From the NCBI GenBank assembly GCA_964016885.1, contig OZ024745.1, forward strand, positions 57,908,001-57,972,000: a stretch of DNA of 64,000 bases. Direction: 5' to 3'. Positions 28,113 to 41,141 of this stretch are shown here, piece by piece. Within the stretch, counting starts at the first letter, position 1. Each line of letters opens with the position of its first letter. The DNA is from Eledone cirrhosa (taxonomy: Eukaryota). Below the pieces are notes generated by a model that was not told where the DNA came from, did no database searches, and saw nothing but the letters and a program-made list of their open reading frames with translations. The translations under genes were made by a program, and so were the position numbers.

Positions 28113-28669
28113 CTAGCAATGTTTGTACATATAATTAACTTCCTATTCAACTGAACAATCATATAGATACATGGATATTAATGTTGTCGACAACAGTTTC
28201 GTAGTTACAGAGTGGAATGGATGCGACATAGACTACAAGAGAATTGTACAATAATTAAAATTAAGATTCAAAATTAAAAAGGCACAGGGTGGAATGCATG
28301 CGACAGAGATTACAAGGGAATAGTATAATGATTAAAGAGGCATTAAGGTAGAAAGTTACTCGTAAAACGAGGACACTAGCAGTACATATACAAGCGTATA
28401 GAGAGTGCAAATGCGTTAGGCATTTACAGGAAGGAAACAAGCAATGGTACTAGGCATATATAATTACTGCATGGCAAAGGTATCACATAAAATAACATAG
28501 GTTTACAAGCATATCAAGCAGGCAAAGATGTTTGTGTATTAAAATTATGAGTTTATGGTGGATGTAATGTGATGATTATTTCTGTAATGTTCAAATGTGT
28601 ATGTGTTGAGAGTATCAATGTTATTGCTATCTTTTCCATTATTTGGTGTGGTGATCTTAGTTATTTCTT

Positions 28670-31485
28670 GTATTATAACTAAAATCACCAAACCAAGAGA
28701 AGAATTAGAATATATAAACATTATACACGAAGAAGAAAAATACCTCATCCATGAATGCAACAACCACTTTAACAAGAAATTAATGTGGCTCAAACAGAAA
28801 AAACTAAATCAAGAAACTTCAGAGAATAGAGATAAATATCCAGATAGGATTGATGGTATACACATGGCCGACATCCTATTAACGGAGGAATTCAACAACA
28901 ACAACACGAATATATACGGCAACACTACAGTGGACTCTGATGAATTTTCCAGCCTACAGCTACCACTTCAATATGCCACATATGATAAGGTAAATATAAG
29001 ATCCTTGTCAAATAGAAAAAGCATTTACAAAATTACGTTGGAGCCTCAAAAACAACAACAAAACACAAACAAAAATAACAACACAAACAGCACGCGCACA
29101 CACACACATACACACACACACACACACACAACACAACACACATCCCAACAACAACAGACACACAGACACAAACAACGATAACAACAACAACACACTCAAC
29201 AATAATAAAAACATACACAGAGACAACAACAATAACAACAACAACAACACACATCAACAACAACAATAACAACTCACATCAACAACAACAACACACACAC
29301 ATCCTATGCCTCCCACCACCACCAAAATCTTAACAGACATACAGACGCAGAAAACAGATATTGACAGTAACTCAGAGGTGAGGGACTGTAATAACAATGA
29401 GAGAGGTAGAAAGACTAATGGCAATGACAGGGGAAATAACCAGGACGAACACACAGACACAGAAAATAGATTAGATAATAACAACGAGTCAGAGGGAAGG
29501 GACAGGAGTAACAATGAGAGACATAGAAGCAACCGTGAGGCTGCTGGTAGAAATAGAGATAGAAACAACAACACAACTAACTATAGCAATAGAACAAACA
29601 ACACAACCTGGAATTCCACTTTCTATGACCCTTCTGATATGTCCTTCGACTTGCGACGAGTCCACGCCATGACTTTAGCTTTTGACAAACGCACGCAATT
29701 GCCGTCACAGGTTGATGAACAAACAGAAGCACAATTTAATATAGCTAGATCTAAACTTAGAAATATTATAGAACAGTATAGCAAGAAACAAAATAGAATG
29801 GAGGCCCAGCAATTGGGAGAAACATCCGCAAATGGCTTGCGTAAACTCATTCAGCGCTCACGTAATGGAGAGATTGCATGCTGGGACAAAAATGGAGAGA
29901 TTGTATGGTGCGACAAAAAACTTAAAGAACAATTAGCAGACACCAATCTCTTAACCCTGATTATGTAGTCCCGCTACGTTGATGATAGAAACATCGTAGT
30001 ACAAACACCCCCACTAGAGAACAGTCAGAAATTAGAGAAAAACACTATGGAAAGCATCCAGCTAATAGCTAACTCCATCCACCAGAGTATCAAAGTTTCT
30101 ATAGACTACGCAAGCTACACCCCAACGATCGAATACCTGTACTAGACACAGAGCTCTGGTTAGAAACCATTAATAACAAAAAACAAATCCTCCATTCCCA
30201 TTATGCCAAACGCATAACTTCCAAATACCTGATCCATCGAAACTCAGCTGTCCCGGATCACACCCAAAATCAACATACTGATTGCAGATTTCGTAAGGGT
30301 GATAAGGAACGTGTCCCGCATGTGCAACCCCAAAGAACTAGAGAGACACACACAACACTTCAGCCACCGTATGCAATTCTCTGGTTACAATTAGAGAGAT
30401 AAAATCAGAGTATATAGTGGAGCCAAAACTAAATGGGAAAAAAATGGTAAATAATGATACAAATGGGACCTGTCCCTTGTATCGGAGCAACGTTTGGAAT
30501 AGAATAGAACGAACTAGGAATAAGGTTAATAAAATAAACTCATGGTATGATAGCAATAAATACCAGAGTGTAATGTTCATCAATACAACCCGTAGAGGTG
30601 AACTAGCTTACACATTTAGAAGGGCCCTAGATGAACTTAAACTAAATATTAAGATAGTGGAAAGACCAGTTACCTCCATAAAAACACTTATTAGTAATAC
30701 ATACTCTTTTCAAAGAAATACATAATTTGTAAACTAAGAAACATAGTATATAGCATAAGATGTACTGAGGGACAATGTAAAGATAAGAATATAATGTACA
30801 TAGGTGAGACAGCTCGTAGCATAGGAAAACTATTTAATGAATACTGGCGAGACCTCCAAGATAGAAAAGACTCATCAGTACCGCACCAACATGCTAAAAT
30901 AGAACATAAGGGCAAATTAGAGAACATAGAAATAAAAATAAAATCTACACACAGAAAGGTCGCAATGTTTAGACAAATCACAGAGGCAATAAACATAAAT
31001 GAACTCCAACCAAAATTAAATAGAAAACATGAATGGAATAGCAAAATCACAATTTAAAATTAAGGACAAAATGAAAACACACACACATAGAATAAACAAC
31101 TTACTAGTAACATGTAAATAAACAAATAAATAAACAAATAAAAACACACACAGACACCCGGATGTAACACATGCGCAAACTAAGCACACAACACACACAA
31201 AAAAAAGATGGCGTAGGACAGAAGAAAGGAGAGGCGCAAAACAAAGAAACGAATTCCCAGTCACTGAAGAGGTCACAGAATGTGTGACGAAAGAACAATA
31301 TATGAACAACTATCCGGTTGTGGAACAAACCAACCAGCCGGAAATGTATAATAAATTGGAGTGAACAGCAACTGGTGCGTGTGTTTGTTATTGGCAACAT
31401 GACCATCCCAAAGTATAACAATATCGGTTTCAACACACGTTTTCGGATAAAGAATCTTGCTAAACAAATTCAGAAACGAAATATA
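28670..31485 (+). mobile_element. Decayed PLE family E copy that retains the N-terminal region but lacks ~900 bp of RT core
   Basis: ORFs 28597-29181 and 29306-29968 are N-terminal. The junction EIAC|WD is at ~29880. RYVDD at ~29973-29987, GIY-YIG at 30794-31057, decayed HHR at 31259-31300, and a 3' end abutting (TA)n. Confidence 0.85.
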
Positions 31486-33366
31486 TATATATATATTTAT
31501 CTGCATGTGTGTGTACATATATACATGTGTGTACATATTCTCACCAGAAACTAATTTTCTAGAATTTAAATATACATTTCTCCCACATCAAATGTGTGAC
31601 AAAAATATTTAGTTTTATGTTATCCATATTTCTACGAAGAAATTCATGTGTAGCGGAATATACCAATTGTAATTTAATGTTTCTGACATTTTGATGTTTC
31701 TGTATTCCTGCGATGAAAAAATGATACTTCTGCTGAAACAAAACTAGACTATTTCTTCTGGTGACTTGTCAGCTGATTTCGGCATATGTCGACTTACAAT
31801 TTCCAAGATTTCCTCTAATGGATTTTAGTGCTTAAACATATTGTGGAAGCCATACAAGTGATAACAGCAAGAAATCTCAAATTATATATAATTCGCCCTC
31901 AGATATCAATCTCTAAACAGATAGTATTCAACACATATCTAATGTTTGGTGTATGTTTGAGTGTGTGTATGCGTGTGTTTGTGCAAAGGGTGGGGTGTGA
32001 GAGTGTGCGCCTTTCTATTTATGTATGTGTATACTTCAGTCAACTATATTGTATCAAACAACGACAACACTTATACACGAATCAACATATGATTAACTAT
32101 TTCGTATACCTTCGAATTGTGAATCATAATTTATAGAACTAGTTGAGTAACTGTCAACATTATTTTATGTTATTTTAGTTAGTGTGATCATGGTCTCTCT
32201 TCCCCATGTTTGTATTTCCTCCTTCCAGTTGGATAGAATAAACAACCCTCAATAACAAGAAGCAATTCAATTGACTGTCATCCTCATCCCACTAGAGTAT
32301 GTGATACACCAATATATGAAAAATGTTTTCAGGTGCAAAATAATAACTACCAGTTAAATACGATAGATGAATTTCATGAAATCTACTATACACCTCTCGT
32401 TAAATTTGAGGTGTTGTCTAATGGGGAGCTAGAAAATTTGGAGCATCTAATTAAATACATTGCGTTATTTATTTATGTTTCATTATGTTTTCATTTTACA
32501 TAGGATCACAGTATATTTTCCATACATTCAACCGGGTCATGGCATTCTCATGTACTGGTTGTTTTTCTCTCTGTGTTGCCTCTCTGTATTTCCTTTTTAA
32601 ATACACCTCTCAATCTTATTGAAAAACAATATGACGGACGGAAACGTTTCATCCCGCATCTAGCTATTATTAAATTAGAACAGCTAATGTTTAATATGTT
32701 CAGAAAATAAGGACAGCAGCAATAGCAACAGCAAAAATAACAAATTCAAAACACAGGAAATATGTGAAAAGTATAATATTGTGTTCCTATCATTTATCGA
32801 AGTGTACCACCGTTGTTGCCACCTCTATCAGAACATCACAAAAACACCATTATTAATGTGCCCCCTGGCACACAGTTACAAAATAGAAACCGAGGAGGAG
32901 AGCTTTGGCACTAGCACCTTCAAGGGATAATAGTGACATCAAATTGTACGAATATCTCCGAAAACTAATAAAATCACGAAGGAGAAGGTTTAATATGTTT
33001 GGAAAAACATAATAATATATCTTCGCTATAAGGTGAATGTAATGAAAATGACAACCAGCTTCCCTTGAATGAAACACACTTGTACAGATAAAATAAGTCA
33101 TCTGCTGATGCTAGAATTGTATAGAAACTGAATATCTTTTAAGAAGGAATTGATTCTCTGATTTTCTAGAGAGAAGAATTTTCAATGGGCCATTTCACTT
33201 AATCCTTGTTAAACTATTCGTACAAATATATACCGAGTGTTAACAGGTGATGCGCGAATGAGAGAAACTCATAACTATCCAACATTCTTACCTATATTTC
33301 ATTTACCTGTCTTTCCATTATATTTATCCACATATATATCCACGGGCTTATCGCTCTCTCCCTCTC

Positions 33367-33467
<101 letters not shown>

Positions 33468-33627
33468 GTGAGGTTTTTACAAAATGAAAAATAACCGAGG
33501 TGTCCTACACGAGTGAAAGTATAAAGAAAAAAAGATGAAATCGAAAATGCAACTGGAGTCTTATTTTTTTTTTAAATATATATATTTATTTGGTTCCTTT
33601 ATCGATTTCGCAGTTCTTCTGCTTTTC

Positions 33628-33689
33628 AAAAGTAGAGTTGAGATGGAGGATCTGTGGTTTCACAGATCCTCCATCTCAACTCTACTTTT
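33628..33689. repeat. Perfect 29-bp hairpin with 4-nt loop
   Basis: AAAAGTAGAGTTGAGATGGAGGATCTGTG-gttt-CACAGATCCTCCATCTCAACTCTACTTTT. Confidence 0.95.
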
Positions 33690-33850
33690 AATATACGAAG
33701 CTGAGGTCTCTATATTGAATCAACACCACCAAAAGGAATCCTGGAAATACGTCGGTATGTCACAGAGCCGGTTTAAAAATCGCTTCATTTTTTCACTAAA
33801 TGACCTTCAGATACCCAAATAAAAGAAGTACCACACATTTGCTAAATAAA

Positions 33851-33940
<90 letters not shown>

Positions 33941-35060
33941 CCTATGTATCAATATGAAGACGTTTTAAACGTGCTATATATTGATTCAAATTATTTCGAG
34001 ATATTTGAAAATGCGAGACCAGGAAAATGTGTTGTCTCTGTGAAGGACATTCGTTCTTGGCCTATTGCTATCACATAAAGTTGATGGAAATTAAAACATG
34101 TATTGTTTTATACGACATAAATGCTATTAACTGGAGCACCAAAGAGAAACATATATATACAATGAAATTTCATTTTAACATATTTTATTGTATATCAACC
34201 GTTACGTTACATATTTTTCACATACGATTGGCTCTAGATCTTCATCAATATGATAGAACTCCCTCCAGCATCGATCACTTCATCAAATTTGTGGACTCAA
34301 TCAAAACATTTACATATAAATATATCGCGGGGAATTGCTTATCTATTAACCCTCTAAAAGATTTGATGTTCAATGAGAAGATCGACGTGAACCAAATTGC
34401 GATTTGGTGTTTATTTATCTTCGCCGTTTTAGGGCTGAATTTTTTTTTCTCTCAACGATAATATACGAAGCTGAGGTCTCTATATTGAATCAACACCACC
34501 AAAAGGAATCCTGGAAATACGTCGGTATGTCACAGAGCCGGTTTAAAAATCGCTTCATTTTTTCACTAAATGACCTTCAGATACCCAAATAAAAGAAGCA
34601 CCACACATTTGATAAATAAAATGTTTCAATTCAAAGACAAGAACATAGACTTCTCCATCAAATATAAAATACTAGAAAAATCTCGACTATATATAAATGG
34701 GCTCAAGGCCGGCAGATTATGCAATGATGAGATGTGCTGGATATTGAATAATCTCCTCAATACCAAACCACTTAATACACGTACAGATTTCTTCTCACGA
34801 TGTTCCCGCGTTTCTGAGGACCATTTTCTAGTCCTCTCATAATTTTTAGCTAATTTAGCGTATTCGTTATTTTGTCGGTTAAATTGTCTGCTCTCGGTTT
34901 TTGGGACCCTTTTATTTTCCCCTACCTCTCTGTATTTTCGTGTTTGAATGAACATTATCCGGTTCATTTTCATCGGCTCAGATCGAATAAGTTGGTCCTC
35001 CTGGCTAACGAAACGTACGTAACTTGAATGGCACCGTTGTGGTAACTAACCTTAATATTT
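33690..35060 (+). mobile_element. RT-less PLE remnant: GIY-YIG fragments (33690-33850 duplicated at 34460-34620), 3' UTR and HHR remnant
   Basis: IIYEAEV..KYVGMSQSRFKNRF / KNIDFSIKYKILEKS..GRLCNDE..LNTRTDFFSRC resembles the 4513-5256 endonuclease. Stem II-GAAA-CGTACG-TA^ACTT at 34991-35025. Confidence 0.7.
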
Positions 35061-35428
35061 ATATATATATATATATATTAGGGGTGTGTGTATGTGTGTA
35101 TGAGTGAGTGTGTCTGTGCGTGTGTGTGGATAGACGGGTGTGTAAGTGCCTGTGTGTGTGAGAGAGGGTATTTATGCGTGTTAACAATAAAATAACATTA
35201 TTATTACAAACAGTTTTTAGTGAAAATAGTAAGTTCTGTATAGTAATTACTAGGTGGGTAAATTAAATGTCCTTAATAGGCACTTTCTCGAACGAAAGGA
35301 AGAGATTCCATCCAACTTTGAGTTCAATAATTTAAGTGGCTAGATCAATATACTTATTGTTTTCACATAAGTAAATGTGGCATTTGAATCGTCTTAAGTA
35401 TAGAGGAGACGTTTTGAAGTCTAAACAG

Positions 35429-35660
35429 TTCTTCTTCTTCTTCTTCTTCTTCTTCTTCTTCTTCTTCTTCTTCTTCTTTTCCTTCTTCTTCTTCTTCTTC
35501 TTCTTCTTCTTCTTCTTCTTCTTCTTCTTCTTCTTCTTCTCCTTCTTCTTCCTGAAAGGGTCGTTGGGATGGAGTCTTCAGTCACTCCTTCCAGCGGGTC
35601 CTGTCAGAAGCAACTGTCTCCAACTGATCTGGCTGGATCCCCAAGCTTATGGATGTTCTC
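35429..35660 (-). mobile_element. RTE (Rex3/Expander-like) 3' end with (GAA)n tail
   Basis: Reverse complement encodes LGIQPDQLETVASDRTRWKE followed by (GAA)n. Homologous to 40480-40575. Confidence 0.7.
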
Positions 35661-36053
35661 CTGCGATCCGAACAGTTGATTTTGATGGATGCCTATATAT
35701 TAGAGTGTTGTACGATATATATGTGAGGAGCCGTTGTTCCTCTATAAGCGGTGTGCTGCTGATTGTATTTTTTAAAGGGTTTTACAACTAAATAATTTGT
35801 GTTTCTAAAGTTTTTAACTGAGCTGTTCATACATTACGTTAGAATGTTACGTCTCATGTGCATTTATCGGTGTTAGAGCGCAGTTGCATTTAGGTATGTC
35901 CGATTTTTATTCTTGACTCTGTATACCGAAGCAATTAAACTAAACACTGTTTTATCTCTGTATAGAAATTGTGGTCCATTGGGAAATTTCTAGGTCAAGA
36001 AAAGATCGACACTATCAGAATTGTTGTTTAAACATGATGTTCTTTTCATTTTG

Positions 36054-36131
<78 letters not shown>

Positions 36132-36759
36132 GAGGAGTGTCTCTGTGTGTCTGTCTGTGTACTCTTATTTAATTTCCGTCGAGTTGTAGCGGATGTACTA
36201 TATACTATTTTATCTGAAGCCACATAAACAGAGGAAATTTCATACGTCAATATTTAGAATAGGTCAATAAACATGAAGTCAAATCAAAATCGTATTTGTT
36301 GAGTAATTATTTTATTTTGTTGTTCCTTTGAATGCAAAGAATTGTTATTGTTATTGTTATTTTTTTTTCGCTGTTGCTATTGTTGCGCTTATTGTCACTG
36401 CTGATTTTGCAAATTTGTCTATGCTATAATACATTATACTATTATTAATAGTTTCATTTCGATGTTGGTTATATTTTTACTGTTTTGTTTTGCTGTACGT
36501 TTATAGATGTTATTTGGTATTCTATCACTTTGGCTGTCGCTGTGAACTTTCGTACTGTTTTTCTTTTATATTTTCCCTTCTATTCAATCTTTATGATTTC
36601 TTAGGTATTCCTTGGTCGCCAGCCTACTTCCTCACATAATGTATTGTTGATTGATTAAGATATGAGAAATATGCGGCACATTAGAGCACTGGACGTTCAC
36701 TATTCACTTTGATTGCATTTCAGTTATTTTCTACAATGGATAACTGAGCAACACAGTAA

Positions 36760-37200
36760 TATACGGATGTTGGGTGAATCAATACTGCGTTTCCTTCGTT
36801 CAAAAGTTTATAAAAAATAGTTATATCAGAAATCAATTCAATATCGGTTGTGGATTGCTGAGGTGAAAAGAACGAAATTTTGGCGTCTGAAATCTGATTT
36901 TATCGTATTATTTCTCTCCGTTTTTCATGCATCAGAATGACTAAATTATTTTCATTTTGTTTATTTATGCATTCATTTCATATTTAGTTCATTCAAGCTC
37001 GCCACATTTTGCCTAATGTAAAAAAATTATCCTTCATATTGTTTATTAAGTTGGTAGAATGTTTTGATCTGAGAGAAATTCGGCTACTAATTCCGGGGGT
37101 CGACCCACGCGATCGTTCGTCATAGCCCAGTGGACTGTAAAGGTCAGCACGACCGAAGTAAATATATAATTGTGATTGATACATTCCATTATACTTATGA
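36760..37200 (-). mobile_element. Possible decayed mariner-type transposon fragment
   Basis: Reverse-complement peptides NDRVGRPPEL and LGKMWRA resemble the mariner R.GRP and GK....WVP regions. A TIR-like TA-CGGATGTTGGGTGAAT lies at ~36762. Only one end is seen. Confidence 0.35.
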
Positions 37201-37364
37201 ATCCATCCAATGTATATAGAGTTAACAAAAAATATTCAGTTGATACAACAGAGAAAAAATCGATATTTACCAAAAGACACTCATTTCTCTTTCATTCAAT
37301 TTGAATGTAAGTTAGGTGTATTGATTTTATATTACAAAAGATTGAATCGTCAATTTTAGAATTT

Positions 37365-37445
<81 letters not shown>

Positions 37446-37490
37446 GAGGAGGAGGAGGAGGAGGAGGGGGAGGAGGAGGAGTTGTAGTAA

Positions 37491-37537
<47 letters not shown>

Positions 37538-37538
37538 A

Positions 37539-37608
<70 letters not shown>

Positions 37609-37735
37609 TTAGTAGTAGTAGTTGTTGTTGTTGTTGCTGTAGTAGTAGTTATAGTAGTAGCAGCAGCAGCTGTAGTAGCAGTCATCATCGTCGTTTATCT
37701 CGTCGTCGTCGTAGTATAGTAACAGCAGCAGCAGC

Positions 37736-37777
<42 letters not shown>

Positions 37778-37780
37778 TAT
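37365..37780. repeat. Compound (TAG)n/(GGA)n/(CAG)n microsatellite
   Basis: Direct reading; another (TAG)n tract lies at 38251-38365. Confidence 0.95.
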
Positions 37781-38250
37781 TGGTGGTGTCGTTATTGATG
37801 TAATGTTTTAGTTTTTGTTGTTTACTTCCTTACTACTTCTTTGTTATTCATTTTGTTTTCTCCTCTTATTCTTTGTACTTGTCTCTTTGTTTACCTCGCT
37901 GATCTTGCCATAGAATTAATGGCTTAGCTACATAAACAGACATGAGGTAATATATCAATGTGAAATAAATGTCGGCTAAAATAACAGGTAATAGTAGTTA
38001 AAGCATAAATTAGCTGATAGTAAACGAATTAAGTACGTTATGTTTATTAAATTTAGAACTGTTCTAATAAGCTAAATCACAGTTTATACATATTGCATAA
38101 AATCGAAACTTACTTCCTTACTGCCTTAACACACTTCACGACAAATAATTCAGAGTAAAAACTTCTCCATCTGGGTTTCTATAAAACCACGTAACTATTA
38201 CTTTCAAAGCAATCTACCTGTGAGTTACCAATGACTTTCCCGGTTATGTT

Positions 38251-38363
<113 letters not shown>

Positions 38364-39246
38364 GTCGTACGAAAAAAAGAACACAATTACATCCATATTC
38401 ACTCTTATTCCCATGCACATATCAAAAACCCGATCTCACAAACTTTGGGCTGAAGAATTTCCATACTGTATCCAAATATTACAAGATGTTATTAGCCAGA
38501 AATGGATTTATGGATAAATTATATTACGCAACACAACCTGAATCCACTCAAAAAAGATATATAGGAAAATAAATATAAACTGCCATTCGCTTCACTTTAT
38601 TATCACAGTTTTATCACTTTATTATCACCCATTGCCTCATATTTTATTTACCCAGTTCTAAGAAATGTCTCTCTTAAACATTAGTAATGCACTGGGTAAT
38701 TGCTGGCCTTGTGCCTAAAGTAGAAACAATTAATTTATAAAAAATATCATCAAACCTTCGCAAAATGTTGATCGCAATTTCACCAAATATAATATCTCTT
38801 AACTTAGTATACACAACACAAATAATTAACAGCAACACAATAACATTGGCTACTCCTCTGATATTACATATCTAAGGATAGACATGAAACCTATTTATAT
38901 CAAGACTCTTCTTGGATGTGTATAATTCTTGGAATGTTAGAAACATACAAACAAAATTAACTTCATATATTTGATCCTTAGGGGAAAAGTCAATACCATA
39001 GCATTATAGATGAAGTTCATATTCTAGTGCTAGATTATATGAATTCAATACTAATCTATACTTCTTGATGGTGGACTGGATTATTTTGCTAAAACCCTGT
39101 TATTGATTTGGCAGTCAGAAACAAGCACGAGTCGAAACAACATATAAGTGTAAATGAAAAATCTTTCCTATTTTCACACACTGAAAAGAAAAAAAAATAG
39201 ATATACCAATTTGCGTATATTTGTATGAATGCGGCTTAGTTTTAGG

Positions 39247-39460
39247 ACGGGAGATTGGTCGTATCGGTAGAACGTCAAACAACATGTTTTGTGACATATA
39301 TTTACGGCCCTTTACGTTCCGAGTTCAAATCCCGAAAATGTTAGATTTGCCTTATGGAACCAATAAAATAAAAAGTTCTATGCAGCACTCTGATAGATTT
39401 AATCGAGATTACGCCTCCCCTTCAAATAGGTGGCCTTGTGCCAAATATAAAAACAATATT
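39247..39460 (+). mobile_element. Diverged Meta-like SINE
   Basis: GATTGGTCGTATCGGTAGA..GAGTTCAAATCCCG..TGGCCTTGTGCCAAA. Confidence 0.6.
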
Positions 39461-39775
39461 ACATCAGGTCATTCATAAAATTTAAATAGAACTTAATTCC
39501 TCTAATATCAGCTAGTTCTTCACCTTAACTACTACTAACGGTTTTAATCTGTTAACGCTTACTGTACATTGATTTGTTTTCTATTATGTGCATATCCGCT
39601 CAAGTAGTCATCTTTGTTTTCAGTTTAGTTCGGTTTCATATTGTTCTGTATACAACCAGATTCCATCTGTGATGCTATAATTCTGAAAAGCAAAAACGAA
39701 TTAAATTGGGCAATCAGTAAATTTCATATAAAATCAGTAAAAGTCATATAGCTACTTTTGTTTCAACCCATAGGA

Positions 39776-39810
<35 letters not shown>

Positions 39811-40059
39811 GGGTATACAAATATTAAAAAGTGCTCAAGCGCAGAAATGCTATAAATATAGCTTATAAAATAGGTTGTACACCCATAAAAGACGGAAAAA
39901 GTAGTTACCATCGACCGCTATGTTGGGATACTACTTCCAACCCGTCTTCGCATGTCAACCTTGTTCATGGAAATAGTGAACAAGAGAAATGCCATAGGAA
40001 TCCGAATCCCATATCGAATTATTTCGATTTAGCACCATTTATCTGAAAACAAATACTCG

Positions 40060-40575
40060 GTCATTCGTATAGAGACATTGAGGCAAGAAGAAGCTGACCA
40101 TCGATCCTATGCTTTTGCAGCAGGTCCGGTGGAACGTGTTTATATGCCTTTTTGAGATCTACAAAGCAGGGATAAACCTCTTGCCCACGATTAGTCAAAG
40201 ACCTGCCGAAGTGTGAGAATATGTCGGCTGCACTATTCATCAGCTTGCTTGGACGTGACAATCTCTCTTCATCTCTATGCGAGACACTTAGTATAGACAT
40301 TACCGGAGAAGCTTAAAAAAATATTTCTGCAATTGCATCCGTTGCTACGGAAATGTGATTAGAATGTCTCAAAAAAAAAAACGGTGGACAGATTTGACGG
40401 GCAAACACAACTGGCAGGAGACTTGGGGGTAGACCTCGAGCAAGATAGCTGGATAACATCCATGAGCTTGGCTAGTCTTACTTTGCAATCCGGCCGGATC
40501 TGTTGGAGATGGTTGCTTCTGACACGACCTGCTGGAAGGAGTGTTTGAGGATTCTGCCTTCCATGACCTTCTCAA
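40060..40575. mobile_element. RTE LINE remnant: RT piece on minus (40060-40230), C-terminus on plus (40380-40575)
   Basis: Minus strand: VYPCFVDLKKAYKHVP. Plus strand: GRRLGGRPRAR*LDNIHEL..EMVASDTTCWKECLRILP, then the (GAA)n tail. Confidence 0.7.
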
Positions 40576-41110
40576 GAAGAAGAAGAAGAAGAAGAAGAAG
40601 AAGAAGAAGAAGAAGAAGAAGAAGAAGAAGAAGAAGAAGAAGAAGAAGAAGAAGAAGAAGAAGAAGAAGAAGAAGAAGAAGAAGAAGAAGAAGAAGAAGA
40701 AGAAGAAGAAGAAGAAGAAGAAGAAGAAGAAGAAGAAGAAGAAGAAGAAGAAGAAGAAGAAGAAGAAGAAGAAGAAGAAGAAGAAGAAGAAGAAGAAGAA
40801 GAAGAAGAAGAAGAAGAAGAAGAAGAAGAAGAAGAAGAAGAAGAAGAAGAAGAAGAAGAAGAAGAAGAAGAAGAAGAAGAAGAAGAAGAAGAAGAAGAAG
40901 AAGAAGAAGAAGAAGAAGAAGAAGAAGAAGAAGAAGAAGAAGAAGAAGAAGAAGAAGAAGAAGAAGAAGAAGAAGAAGAAGAAGAAGAAGAAGAAGAAGA
41001 AGAAGAAGAAGAAGAAGAAGAAGAAGAAGAAGAAGAAGAAGAAGAAGAAGAAGAAGAAGAAGAAGAAGAAGAAGAAGAAGAAGAAGAAGAAGAAGAAGAA
41101 GAAGAAGAAG

Positions 41111-41140
<30 letters not shown>
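40575..41140 (+). repeat. Uninterrupted (GAA)n, ~565 bp
   Basis: Direct reading. Confidence 0.97.
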
Positions 41141-41141
<1 letters not shown>

